Made by a program: the position numbers and the translations under genes. Shown here piece by piece: positions 8,602 through 18,739 of a stretch of DNA of 64,000 nucleotides. Position 1 is the stretch's first letter. Each line of letters starts with the position of its first letter. Source of the stretch: Clostridia bacterium (GTDB lineage: Bacteria; Bacillota; Clostridia; UBA1212; DUPL01); the NCBI GenBank assembly GCA_050951325.1, contig JBMNIW010000003.1, forward strand, positions 256,001 through 320,000, written 5' to 3'. The notes under the pieces were generated by a model. The model saw only the letters and a program-made list of their open reading frames with translations. It was not told where the DNA came from and did not search any database.

Positions 8602-9393
8602 TTACTTTATATACATTTTCGCCAATACATAGGATACAAAGCTTTTAGGGAGCAATCTCTCAAGAAATACAAATACCTTATACCTGTGTCCTCCGATATA
8701 AAAAGGTTTTAGTTTCCGTTTTGTAGCTACTTTATAAATCAACCACCCCATATATTCAGGCGACATGCCATTTTCCTCATCACGCTCCATGCCGGAAATG
8801 GTATTGGATATGATTCCGCCATACACATCGTCTCCTGTTTCATTTTTTCTTCTTGATGAAGTAAAATCGGTTTTAACATCTCCGGGCATTATTGCACAAA
8901 CCTGAATATTCCCAAATTTCCTTACTTCATTTCTTAGCGACATGGTTAGAGCATTAACTGCTGATTTGGAAGCTGAGTAAAAGGCTTGGAATGGGAGCGG
9001 AAAAGCAGCTGCCACAGAGCTGACATTTATAATTTTTCCTCCCTTCTTGCGCATTATGCCCAGTGCACATTTTATGCAGCGCACCATGCCAAAAAAGTTT
9101 ACGTCAAACTGGTACTTAGCTTCCGACATTTCAGTAAACTCGACAGCACCGGATATACCTGAACCGGCATTGTTAACAAGGATGTCAACTGCACCAGTTT
9201 CAGCAACAATTTTATCAAAAGCCGCATTGACGGATTCTTCGTTCGTAAGGTCAGTGCTTATGTAATTGACACCTGCAAGGTCTCCAGCCTTTCTGCTAAG
9301 ACCGTATACATTATACCCACCCTCCAGAAAAAACTTTGCTGCATAATAGCCAATGCCACTGGAGGCTCCAGTAATCACAACCGTCTTCTTCAT
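8602..9393 (-). CDS. short-chain dehydrogenase/reductase (candidate 3-ketodihydrosphingosine reductase)
   Basis: TGASSGIG, NNAG, YSASK; ATG directly follows the upstream stop (TAAATG). Confidence 0.85.
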   Translation of the reverse strand: MKKTVVITGASSGIGYYAAKFFLEGGYNVYGLSRKAGDLAGVNYISTDLTNEESVNAAFDKIVAETGAVDILVNNAGSGISGAVEFTEMSEAKYQFDVNFFGMVRCIKCALGIMRKKGGKIINVSSVAAAFPLPFQAFYSASKSAVNALTMSLRNEVRKFGNIQVCAIMPGDVKTDFTSSRRKNETGDDVYGGIISNTISGMERDEENGMSPEYMGWLIYKVATKRKLKPFYIGGHRYKVFVFLERLLPKSFVSYVLAKMYIK

Positions 9394-10593
9394 TTAACAA
9401 TCACAACCATTCTTAACACTCTTGTTAATAACCGAGTGTATAATATCCATTGCTTCGTCCAGCAGTTCATATGTATGAGTTGCCATCAAGCTGATTCTAA
9501 GCAGGCAGTTGCCATCAGGAGCTGCCGGCGGAAGAACAGGATTTAAATAGACACCTGCATCGTAAATTTCCTTTGCTCTTATGAGTGTTGTCTCAAAATC
9601 ATATGTATAGAATGGGATAATAGGTGTTGTATATACGGATTCTCTGACCGGAATTCCCCTTTCCTTAAGCCCATTTCTCATGTATAGCGCCAAATCCGAC
9701 AATCTAGAAACCAGCTCGGGATTCTTCTTTATAACACGTAATGCTGCCAAAGCCGCCGCACATGATGCGGGTGGAATTGAGGCTGAGAAGATAAAAGGTC
9801 TTGAGTTGTGTTTAATATACTCAATAACATACTTGTCCGATGCCACAAAGCCACCGAGACTAGCCAGAGATTTGCTAAATGTACTCATTATTATATCCGT
9901 CTCCTCTGTCAGCCCAAAGTGTTCCGCCGTTCCCCTGCCACCATTTCCAAGAACACCAAATCCATGGGCGTCATCCACCATAGTGACTGCATTATACTTC
10001 CTGGCCAACTCAACAATTTTGGGAAGATTACAAATATCTCCACTCATGCTGAACACACCATCTGTGATAATAATCTTGCCGGCATCCAGAGGAAGCTTTG
10101 CAAGGCACTGCTCCAAATCCTCCATATCGTCATGTTTGTAGCGGACGGTTTTGCCAAAACTCAACCTGCACCCGTCGTATATGCTTGCATGATTCTCCCT
10201 GTCACTAATAATATAGTCGTGTCGCCCTACAATGGCACTAATAATGCCGAGATTTGTCTGGAAGCCCGACGGAAATGTGCATGCAGCTTCCTTGCCAACG
10301 AATTCAGCCAACTCTTCTTCAAGCTGTAAATGCATGTCCAAGGTACCATTTAAAAAACGAGATCCGGAGCAACCTGTACCGTATTTTTCAATAGCTTTAA
10401 TAGCCGCTTTCATAACTTCAGGGTGAGTTGTGAGTCCAAGATAGTTGTTTGATCCCAGCATAATTCTGCGCTTGCCTTCCATTATTACCTCCACATCCTG
10501 CCGGGATTCCAAGTGGTGGAAATATGGATAAATTCCTTTTTCTTTTACTTCGTCAACTTTAGTGAAACTTGCGCATTTCTGATAAATTCCCAT
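9394..10593 (-). CDS. PLP-dependent alpha-oxoamine synthase, serine palmitoyltransferase-like
   Basis: GIYPYF, GSNNYLGL, GTGCSGSRFLNGT, HASIYDG, DDAHG, TFSKSLAS. Confidence 0.85.
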   Translation of the reverse strand: MGIYQKCASFTKVDEVKEKGIYPYFHHLESRQDVEVIMEGKRRIMLGSNNYLGLTTHPEVMKAAIKAIEKYGTGCSGSRFLNGTLDMHLQLEEELAEFVGKEAACTFPSGFQTNLGIISAIVGRHDYIISDRENHASIYDGCRLSFGKTVRYKHDDMEDLEQCLAKLPLDAGKIIITDGVFSMSGDICNLPKIVELARKYNAVTMVDDAHGFGVLGNGGRGTAEHFGLTEETDIIMSTFSKSLASLGGFVASDKYVIEYIKHNSRPFIFSASIPPASCAAALAALRVIKKNPELVSRLSDLALYMRNGLKERGIPVRESVYTTPIIPFYTYDFETTLIRAKEIYDAGVYLNPVLPPAAPDGNCLLRISLMATHTYELLDEAMDIIHSVINKSVKNGCDC

Positions 10594-10702
10594 GTACACA
10601 AACCTCCAAAGATAGTAAAATCTACAATACTTGTGCTATTATACCATACGAGGTTTGAGATGTTAACAATTATTTTAATATAATGTTCACAACCTTCTGA
10701 TA

Positions 10703-11026
10703 CTATTTGCGAGTTTGCTCATCTAGCCATTTCAAATACGCAAGACTTCCCAACTCCACATCTACAAGAAGAATTTCTGGTGTTTCATAGGGGTGTATTT
10801 CCTTAAGTTTCTTTTCTAATTCAGGATATAACTCCTTTCTTGTCTTTAACAAAACCAATACTTCATCTTCACGACAGAGTTCACCTTTCCATACATAATG
10901 ACTCTTTATCTTTATTTCCTGTACACATGCCGCCAACTTACATTCCAGTATCTCGTCTATTACTGGTTTTACCTGCTGCTCATTAGCAAATGTAGTCAAA
11001 ACAATTCCATATTCGCTCACAATCAT
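10703..11026 (-). CDS. cutA: divalent-cation tolerance protein CutA
   Basis: LAACV, S.Y.WKG, HPYETPEI. Confidence 0.92.
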   Translation of the reverse strand: MIVSEYGIVLTTFANEQQVKPVIDEILECKLAACVQEIKIKSHYVWKGELCREDEVLVLLKTRKELYPELEKKLKEIHPYETPEILLVDVELGSLAYLKWLDEQTRK

Positions 11027-11126
11027 TCCTCCTCACAATAATTAAACACATATTATGATACAACAAAAATATAGAAATAAAAACCTGCATAATCCTATCA
11101 ATATAGTATAATTTATCATCAACTCA

Positions 11127-11297
11127 AAAAGAGATGAAGCCAAGACATTATTGGAAGACTCTTTTGCTCGTCAGGCTGCAGGAACATTCGACAAGGAATA
11201 TCTGAAGGAGACAATGCCGAAATATTACGCATTGTTAAAGCCTGAAACAATCGAAGAAGTCAGACAGGCAATGGAGCATTTTGCTTCCACGTTATAG
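11127..11297 (+). pseudogene. start-less C-terminal fragment of a small hypothetical protein
   Basis: KRDEAKTLLEDSFARQAAGTFDKEYLKETMPKYYALLKPETIEEVRQAMEHFASTL*; in-frame stop upstream and no start codon or RBS. Confidence 0.4.
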
Positions 11298-11358
11298 AAG
11301 AAAACAAGCGTAGGTACATCCGCTTTTTTCATTGTACCTTCCGCTATGTAAATGGCAT

Positions 11359-12285
11359 TCATAACTGGATTATCTGCCTCCAGTTTTGATTAGGATCTGA
11401 AGATGAATATTTCGCATCCCCTGCAGGATACAACAGCACATAATATTTACCGTTGGTATACCAAATGGAGCCTTTGTGAGGGGGATTCTTCCAGACAACA
11501 GGTCTTGCAATCCAGTCAACATCTGCATCTGTCCAAACTCTGGAGGTATCCACCTTTACATATCCCGCGTTATGTTTTTGATGTGCTTCCTCCAGTGTCG
11601 GGTCGCTTTTGCAAAAGATTTGCTTAAATAAGTTGATTCGGCAATAATATAAACTCCAGTATGATCCCTGTACAATGTTCCTGGAGTAAGGAGCAGACCT
11701 CCATTCAAGACTGGCTGCTTCATGTTTTGTAGCTTGCCATGAACCAGACAAATAAATCTCCGCTCCTGTCTCATCATCCTTTAACACCAAATCTCCTGCT
11801 TCATATCCATACTCCGGCTCTTCCCCTTCCTCATCCTTTCCAAGAAAGACAAGAGGTCTGGCTGTCAGGCTGTAGCTGTACTTTTCTTCTCCTTCTCTAA
11901 ACACATGCACCTTAATATCCACAAAGGGATTGTTGTCTGCATGCTCAAACTCCAAACCAATTTTAGCAGAACCATAATATGCAGAATCAAAAACCAATCC
12001 ATTGGATGTAACAAGATATCCATCCTGCATAGTATACTTAACACCATCCAATACGATGGATCTTCCTTCATCAGTTACTTCAAAATGAGTGGATAGTCTT
12101 ACCCTGCCAGCCAAATAGTCCGCAATATTCACGGCAATAGACTGGTCTTCCGCAACAGAGACAGTCCTGTTGTATATTCTCAACACCGGACTTACTATCG
12201 CCACAACACATGCAATAAATATGGTCAACAACGTAAGTGTAACCATTACTTCTACAAGAGTATAACCTCTGTTATTCCGTAGCAT
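11359..12285 (-). CDS. type IV prepilin-like protein (PilW-like minor pilin)
   Basis: RG|YTLVEV class III signal peptide. Confidence 0.8.
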   Translation of the reverse strand: MLRNNRGYTLVEVMVTLTLLTIFIACVVAIVSPVLRIYNRTVSVAEDQSIAVNIADYLAGRVRLSTHFEVTDEGRSIVLDGVKYTMQDGYLVTSNGLVFDSAYYGSAKIGLEFEHADNNPFVDIKVHVFREGEEKYSYSLTARPLVFLGKDEEGEEPEYGYEAGDLVLKDDETGAEIYLSGSWQATKHEAASLEWRSAPYSRNIVQGSYWSLYYCRINLFKQIFCKSDPTLEEAHQKHNAGYVKVDTSRVWTDADVDWIARPVVWKNPPHKGSIWYTNGKYYVLLYPAGDAKYSSSDPNQNWRQIIQL

Positions 12286-12577
12286 AAACTTTCAACCCTC
12301 CACTCTGTTTAACAACGACGGGTATTTCATATTCCTTATCTATTTCCCCATGTATGCTGAAAGTAAATGTAAGATTGTCAACATCAGTCAAACTCTGACC
12401 AGTCTCAATATCCGCAACACTCTGGCTTGTCTCCTCATTTCTTTCATGAGCTCTTTCTGCAATATTAAGTGAAGTCTGCACCATTACCGTGACCGACGCA
12501 AGCAGTACTGCAAACAAAACCAGACTTACAATTACCTCTACCAATGTTTCGCCTTTACTGTTCCTAATGTACTTCAT
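12272..12577 (-). CDS. type IV prepilin-like protein (PilV-like)
   Basis: KG|ETLVEV class III signal peptide. Confidence 0.8.
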   Translation of the reverse strand: MKYIRNSKGETLVEVIVSLVLFAVLLASVTVMVQTSLNIAERAHERNEETSQSVADIETGQSLTDVDNLTFTFSIHGEIDKEYEIPVVVKQSGGLKVYATE

Positions 12578-13265
12578 TTTGATGCACCCTTACAAATATT
12601 CTGTCAAATTCCCGCCAATCAATATGCTTGGAATGCAAAGGTGATAGGTTCAAATCTCTAATACTGCTAACAGGATTTGTTCTCCTTTCACACTCGGCCT
12701 TTCTTTCGCCTTTGGCACTAAAGGTATATTCCAAAGCAAGCTTGTATTCCTCTCCATTATGCCTTGTGGTAAATGAAATGGCAACTTTCTCAATTTCCAA
12801 GTCGTACCTCTCTAAAACATCATACATTCTACCACTCTTATGCTGGTAACTCTGAAACTTAATCAATTGAATACCACTTAGCTTGATTTGTACATTGTCA
12901 TATTCAACATCATCATAAGGGGTACTGTTTTTCAGTAGAGTAATATTGCAATCCAACACAATTTCCGCTGGAACATCAACAAGCTCTTCTGTGTTATTCT
13001 CTCCGTTATTATGAGTCGCTCCAATTAAACCTATATAATTAATTATCTCATACCCAAAACCTTCGTCACCCACAATCTCCTTGCTGACAACTTCAGCTGC
13101 GGATTTCGCGTAGTAGTAGACTTGTTTGTTGGTATGATTCTTAATGGATGTGCTCGACAGCATGCTTGCTGCTGTAAGCACGCTGGCCCCTGCTATCAGA
13201 AACACCATCGATATAATCACCACAAATATTATTGAAGCACCTGAATTGTTGCGTATATACTTCAT
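12564..13265 (-). CDS. PilX-like minor pilin lacking Glu5
   Basis: NNSG|ASIIFV, hydrophobic helix, Q.YYYAKSA. Confidence 0.7.
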   Translation of the reverse strand: MKYIRNNSGASIIFVVIISMVFLIAGASVLTAASMLSSTSIKNHTNKQVYYYAKSAAEVVSKEIVGDEGFGYEIINYIGLIGATHNNGENNTEELVDVPAEIVLDCNITLLKNSTPYDDVEYDNVQIKLSGIQLIKFQSYQHKSGRMYDVLERYDLEIEKVAISFTTRHNGEEYKLALEYTFSAKGERKAECERRTNPVSSIRDLNLSPLHSKHIDWREFDRIFVRVHQNEVH

Positions 13266-13273
13266 TGTCTTAC

Positions 13274-13833
13274 TCACTCTCTCTCCGGGATTCCGGTCGT
13301 TCTTGCTCCATAGAATCCTATTTTCTTTTCTTCCCTTGCTTCCTTTGTCCTGTTTTCAACATCAGTAAAGTTTCCATCCCCATATCCAAAGGCATCTACC
13401 TTGTCAGAGTAAAAAACGGACAAAACCTTTCCCGTAGCAATATTGTATTCAATAAGGATGGCGTTGTTAAGAACACTTGTGTCCATTATGTATCCATCAA
13501 GGATCCTGCTTACATTCTCCTTGCTGGTAACGTACACAATGTTTCCTGTATTGTAGTATTTATCTCATCATCATAGAAATTCTCATCATCAGTTATCAGG
13601 TTTTCAAGATTGACATCTCCATCATAAGGCAAATCATTAAGAAGTCCGGCGATACTTTTTTGGGTAAGACTGTTGGTTGCGGCAACATAAAGAGTTCTGG
13701 CGACACTATTTCTGTTCCTGCTCTCAGAGTATTTATAGTATTGCACTACTGAAGGAACGGCTATCGCTGCTATTATCGCTATGATGGTAATTACAACAAT
13801 TATCTCAACCAGAGTAAACCCCTTTTTCATGAT
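13274..13833 (-). pseudogene. type IV prepilin split by a frameshift near 13555
   Basis: KKG|FTLVEII; ORFs 13510-13845 and 13274-13537 join as ...FYDD / KYYNTGNIVYVTSKEN. Confidence 0.65.
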
Positions 13834-13958
13834 GTTCATCGCCAACTTCTATTTTTCTGTAAGTATACTTAAGTATACTAAAGAAATCACTTAATTTCAA
13901 GGTTCTCACAAATGCATACATTTTTTCATACATTATATAGAGGAAAAGAGGTGAAATT

Positions 13959-14474
13959 ATGAAATTCAGTTTCAAGAGGAATACCAAAAAATTTGCCGAA
14001 GTAGTTTCTAAAAGAAACCCTGGAGCCTATGCGGATATTTTAGGCGACAGAGAACACCAGAGCATAGTGGGACGGGTAGATTTCTATCAGGTAAGAAACG
14101 GTGTTCTGCTGGTTGCGGAAATACATGGTTTGCCAACAAAACCAGACATTTGCGCCAGCAAGGTTTTTGGATTCCATATACATGAGGGTGAAGAATGTTC
14201 AGGCGACAAGGAAGATCCGTTTAGAAACGTAGGAATGCACTACAACCCTGACAGATGCACCCATCCGCAGCATGCAGGAGACCTTCCGCCACTTTTTGAG
14301 AACAACGGATACGCCTGGATGGCATTTTACACAAACAGATTCAGATTGTTTGAGGTTATTGGGCGTACAATAATTGTGCATCAACTGCCCGATGACTTCA
14401 CAACCTCTCCCTCTGGAAGTGCTGGCGCAAAAATAGCATGTGGAGAGATAAAAAGGTATATCCCACGCAAGTAA
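13959..14474 (+). CDS. Cu/Zn superoxide dismutase family protein
   Basis: FGFHIHE, GMHYNP, HPQHAGDLP, IIVH..PDD, IACG. Confidence 0.9.
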   Translation: MKFSFKRNTKKFAEVVSKRNPGAYADILGDREHQSIVGRVDFYQVRNGVLLVAEIHGLPTKPDICASKVFGFHIHEGEECSGDKEDPFRNVGMHYNPDRCTHPQHAGDLPPLFENNGYAWMAFYTNRFRLFEVIGRTIIVHQLPDDFTTSPSGSAGAKIACGEIKRYIPRK

Positions 14475-14539
14475 TTGCTTGATATAAATAACAAAGAGGC
14501 TTGCATATCTGCTTGCCTCTTTGTTATGCTTTATCATGA

Positions 14540-16816
14540 TTATTGCCTTCCAGTTCTATAGACTTCAAACTCCGCCAGTTGGAAAAGATAGCCGTCAGGC
14601 GACGATTCCACCTGAGTCATCTCTTTTGAAACCACCCTTACATATCGTGCATCAACTGCATCAAACTTTAAAACTCTTGCAATGGTTGAAACAGCACCGG
14701 ATTCCTTTAGTTCATACACCTCTGTCCAGTCTTTTTCATCCAACGAAACCTCAACAACAAGATGTTTTGGGAAGTAATAGCCCGTATCCTGCCTTGGATA
14801 CAATACCACGGTATCAATGTTAAACTTCTCACCCAGGTCAATCAGTACCCACTCTTCAGCATAAGGGTCGGTCATGTGACGCCCTGTCTGTGTGGTCCAG
14901 CCTGAATGCGTATTGGTTGCCTTAATCATGCCATCATTTATGTGTTTTCTCATCCATCCCCACTGGGGTGCTTCCAAAGATGATGACGTCTTAACCCTCT
15001 TGTTAAGCGCTACATTATACTCTGGTATAAGGGTCTTGTCTTTTTCCCATACCCTCTGATATTTTGGCAGTGTACCATCATCATTGTAAATCTCAATTTC
15101 ACATATCTCGGCAATATATATATCCGAAACCTTTACAGCCTCATCAATACGTATTTTCACATATCTGGCCTTTACAGTATCAAATGTATAACTCAGCTCT
15201 TTTCTCTTTTCCCAGGTATCAGACAAGATTTCTTTGTAATCTTTTCCGTTGGTTGAGTACAGTATCGTAAACTTCCTTGGAAAGTACTGTCCGTTTCTTT
15301 CCTCGTCTCCGCTGGTAACGGGATACAGGTCCACCCTGTTAATATCAACAGCCCTCTTAAGATCCACCATTATATAAATCTCTTCGTCTCCTGCTCCTTC
15401 ATATCTCCATCCTCTGGAACGGTCGGTGGACACCCTGTTTCCGTCGACCGCCTTGTAATTAAAGTATCCATCGTATCCGCGGGAGAAGTTGGAGTAAATT
15501 GGTTTATCCAAAGCCAGATTCACATCCGCATCCTGATATTCTTTATGTAAAGTCACACCTTCTGAAAGTCTATACAGCCTGAAACCGCCTGCAAGAAGCT
15601 CACACTGGAAAATTCCATCTGTTATGGTTACCTCCTCTTCCTCCCCACTGGTTACATCCATCAAACTTTCAACACCGTTGAGCTTTAGAGCAAGGGTTGC
15701 ATCCTTGTTAAAATTCTTGTTAACAATCATAAGATAGTTTCTCTTTGTCTTTCTATCCACCATTAAGGAAACAAGAAAATCCTTTTTGTCAGTAGCTTCC
15801 ACATGCCAGCCAGGTTCAAGCATTTTCGTTGAAGCATCCTGTCTTCCATTATGATATATCTCAACGGCATCAAGCTTTCCTAGAATGCTGCTCACCTTCT
15901 TTATATCCCTGTTTATCTGCGCCACACCATCAAAGAGATCCGTTTTCTCGCCTTCTGGTGAAATAATGGCAAGAGTGAAATCCTCACCTCTTTCCACAGG
16001 TGTTATCCAGGTAAAATACTTGAGATTTTTGTAACCATATGCAAGCGCTGCAGATGTATGGTACCTAATCTCATTTGCATTCGTCCTTCTGAACTTGTCA
16101 AGTACACCAACAGATTGGATGTAAAGGGCGGTATCCACATTGTACTTAAGACCAACTTCCCTAACAAAGTTCATATTTCCAAACATCTGAGGAATGGAGC
16201 CAGGCTGCAAGGCAAAGGGATACTGGTCGTAGGAAAGGTACCTTACATTTTCCCTACCCGCAGAGCTTATCCAGTCTTCCGCATGACCTCTTGGGTCAGG
16301 CAGCGCTCCCATAGGAAGCATGTTTAACTGCGATATACATCCCGGGTGCTCTTCCGCCATGATTTTTGCAACTCTTCCAAACGGATTTGCATTATGTGGC
16401 TCGTCAAGAAGCAAATATCCCACTACGCATTCATTGTCCTTGTACCTTCTTACAAGCTCCCTAATTTCTTTATCCGATTTCTTTTCAATGCCAATCCAGT
16501 CTTTGTCTGCAATTGTTATCTTCAAACCCTTTTCATTACACAATCTTAAAGTTTCCCTGATTGTATCCTCGTCTGTAAAAATCGGATCGGTTCCCCACTC
16601 GAGCAAATCAATACCAGCCTCAACCAAATAATCGAACTGCTCTTCAGTGGTAAAACCTTTCATCGGAGGCCAAAAAACAGAAATGACTATTTCTCCTGCG
16701 CCATAACCTTTAACCTCTTCCTCCTGATCACCATCCGTGGGTTCCTTTTTACCGCATGAAAAAAGACCCAAACACAAAAAAACCACCACGACCAAAAGCA
16801 TAATCCGTTTTTGCAT
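14540..16816 (-). CDS. lipoprotein: putative TIM-barrel glycoside hydrolase plus two F5/8 type C (CBM32-like) domains
   Basis: Lipobox LFSC; GYLLLDEP, LSYDQYP, ALAYGYK; two NxAL.K...DL....I..V.LYP...FP...ARYV...E.EVY repeats. Confidence 0.8.
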   Translation of the reverse strand: MQKRIMLLVVVVFLCLGLFSCGKKEPTDGDQEEEVKGYGAGEIVISVFWPPMKGFTTEEQFDYLVEAGIDLLEWGTDPIFTDEDTIRETLRLCNEKGLKITIADKDWIGIEKKSDKEIRELVRRYKDNECVVGYLLLDEPHNANPFGRVAKIMAEEHPGCISQLNMLPMGALPDPRGHAEDWISSAGRENVRYLSYDQYPFALQPGSIPQMFGNMNFVREVGLKYNVDTALYIQSVGVLDKFRRTNANEIRYHTSAALAYGYKNLKYFTWITPVERGEDFTLAIISPEGEKTDLFDGVAQINRDIKKVSSILGKLDAVEIYHNGRQDASTKMLEPGWHVEATDKKDFLVSLMVDRKTKRNYLMIVNKNFNKDATLALKLNGVESLMDVTSGEEEEVTITDGIFQCELLAGGFRLYRLSEGVTLHKEYQDADVNLALDKPIYSNFSRGYDGYFNYKAVDGNRVSTDRSRGWRYEGAGDEEIYIMVDLKRAVDINRVDLYPVTSGDEERNGQYFPRKFTILYSTNGKDYKEILSDTWEKRKELSYTFDTVKARYVKIRIDEAVKVSDIYIAEICEIEIYNDDGTLPKYQRVWEKDKTLIPEYNVALNKRVKTSSSLEAPQWGWMRKHINDGMIKATNTHSGWTTQTGRHMTDPYAEEWVLIDLGEKFNIDTVVLYPRQDTGYYFPKHLVVEVSLDEKDWTEVYELKESGAVSTIARVLKFDAVDARYVRVVSKEMTQVESSPDGYLFQLAEFEVYRTGRQ

Positions 16817-16974
16817 AATAACACACTCCGAACAATTTTAAAATTAATATATGATAATTATAATATTATTTTACTTTTTGTAAATAATATAAAGGGGAGA
16901 ATACCTCCCTAATCAAAACATTTCAGTACTGTTCAATATCTCAATAATGCTTTTTTAACTCAATTCATCAAAAT

Positions 16975-17000
16975 AAAAACCCACAAACTGTGGGTTTTTT
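16975..17000 (-). terminator. proS terminator
   Basis: AAAAACCCACA-AAC-TGTGGGTTTTT. Confidence 0.8.
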
Positions 17001-17001
17001 C

Positions 17002-18714
17002 CTAGCATAAATTGCTTTTCACTATTTCAACCAATTTTTCTTCAACACTTTCAATCGGCTCCTGGATGGTGAAGCTCTTGTCCCTTGCCGTTATCTCACA
17101 GACATTATTCTTGAGATTTCTCGGACTCACAATTACCCTTACAGGCACACCCAAAAGGTCTGCATCGGAGAACATGACTCCGGCACTAACATTTCTGTCG
17201 TCATATATAACCTCTATACCCTTTTTCATAAGGTTCTCATACAATTTGTCCGCAAACTCCTTAACATTGGGTTCGTCGGAGCGTAGAGCACAAATGTGTA
17301 CCTGCCATGGACTTATTGACATGGGCCAGATTGGACCGTTTTCATCATGATGAACCTCTGCAACGGAAGCAATCAGTCTTCCAACACCTATGCCGTAGCA
17401 GCCCATGATTGGATTTCTTGGCTTGCCGTCACTGTCAATGTATTCCATGCCCATGGACTCGGTGTACTTGGTTCCAAGCTGGAATATATTGCCCACCTCT
17501 ATGCCTCTTTTTACTGTCAAAGACTTGTTACCGCATTGAGGACAAATGCCCCCTTCTACGGCCTTTGCTAAATCATGGAATTCAACATCCTTCAAATCTC
17601 TTGCAAAGTCAAGACCGACATAATGGTAATCTTCCACATTGCCGCCAGTGACCATGTTGTTGGTGTTCTCAAGACTCTTGTCAAACAGTACTATTATTTC
17701 ACCACTTAGGTTAACCGGACCTGTAAAGCCGGGAACGATACCTTCGCCTTCCTCAATATCTGCAGGATGTATCTCAAATCCAAGATAATTCCTTACTTTT
17801 GTTTCATTGACATCCAAGTCTCCACGTATAAACACAACTATTATTTTGTCATCAATATTTCTTCTGTACATAACCGCCTTGCAAGTCTTCTCCTTGGTTA
17901 TTCCGAGAAAATCACACAAGGCTTCTATTGTCTTTGTGGCAGGAGTGCTGACCAGCTCCAGCTCTTTTGATACTTCATCCCTTGTATTCTCAACAATGGA
18001 CTCGGCAGCCTCCATGTTTGCCTTGTAGTCACACTCTGTGCACAGAACCACCGTGTCTTCTCCGACTGGTGTGAGAAGCATAAACTCATGGGATATGTTT
18101 CCACCCATCATACCAGGATCGGAGCTTACCGCAACCACATCAGGAATGCCGGCACGTGCAAAAATCCTCAAGTACGCCTCATAACATCTTTCGTAATACT
18201 CTTCCAAATCCTCCTGGGATGTGTGGAAGGAGTATGCGTCCTTCATAGTGAACTCCCTGACACGAATTAGTCCTGCTCTTGGACGGGCTTCGTCTCTGAA
18301 CTTGGTTTGTATCTGGTAAACCATGAATGGATACTTCGTATAGCTGTTGCCATACTCCTTTACAAGATGCACGCATGCTTCCTCATGAGTCATGCCGAGA
18401 ATGAGCTTCTTTTCGTTCCTGTCAACGAACCTGGCAAGCTCCTTGCCCACAGATTCGTATCTGCCCGACTCTTCCCAAAGGGATGCAGGCATAACCACAG
18501 GAAACAATACTTCCTGTCCATCTATTGCATCCATCTCTTCGCGAATTATTCTCTCAACCTTGTGTGCAATTCTCTTAAGAGGCATGAATTGCGAATATAT
18601 TCCGTTTGAAACCTGCTTCATATATCCTCCGCGTATCATCAAAGCATGAGAATCGATGACGCAATCGGAAGGCCTTTCCTTAAACCTTTCCCCTACAAGT
18701 CTGTCCAACTTCAT
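17002..18714 (-). CDS. proS: proline--tRNA ligase (bacterial type with editing domain)
   Basis: THEE, KFRDEARPRAGL.R.REF.MKDAYSF, GIEVGNIFQLG, MGCYGIG. Confidence 0.97.
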   Translation of the reverse strand: MKLDRLVGERFKERPSDCVIDSHALMIRGGYMKQVSNGIYSQFMPLKRIAHKVERIIREEMDAIDGQEVLFPVVMPASLWEESGRYESVGKELARFVDRNEKKLILGMTHEEACVHLVKEYGNSYTKYPFMVYQIQTKFRDEARPRAGLIRVREFTMKDAYSFHTSQEDLEEYYERCYEAYLRIFARAGIPDVVAVSSDPGMMGGNISHEFMLLTPVGEDTVVLCTECDYKANMEAAESIVENTRDEVSKELELVSTPATKTIEALCDFLGITKEKTCKAVMYRRNIDDKIIVVFIRGDLDVNETKVRNYLGFEIHPADIEEGEGIVPGFTGPVNLSGEIIVLFDKSLENTNNMVTGGNVEDYHYVGLDFARDLKDVEFHDLAKAVEGGICPQCGNKSLTVKRGIEVGNIFQLGTKYTESMGMEYIDSDGKPRNPIMGCYGIGVGRLIASVAEVHHDENGPIWPMSISPWQVHICALRSDEPNVKEFADKLYENLMKKGIEVIYDDRNVSAGVMFSDADLLGVPVRVIVSPRNLKNNVCEITARDKSFTIQEPIESVEEKLVEIVKSNLC

Positions 18715-18739
18715 ACATATACCTCCAAAAATAAATATT

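Noticed and set aside
9394-10593. bioF or kbl assignment
   Set aside because: Motifs are closer to SPT and no biotin or tdh genes are adjacent; not excluded without a phylogeny.
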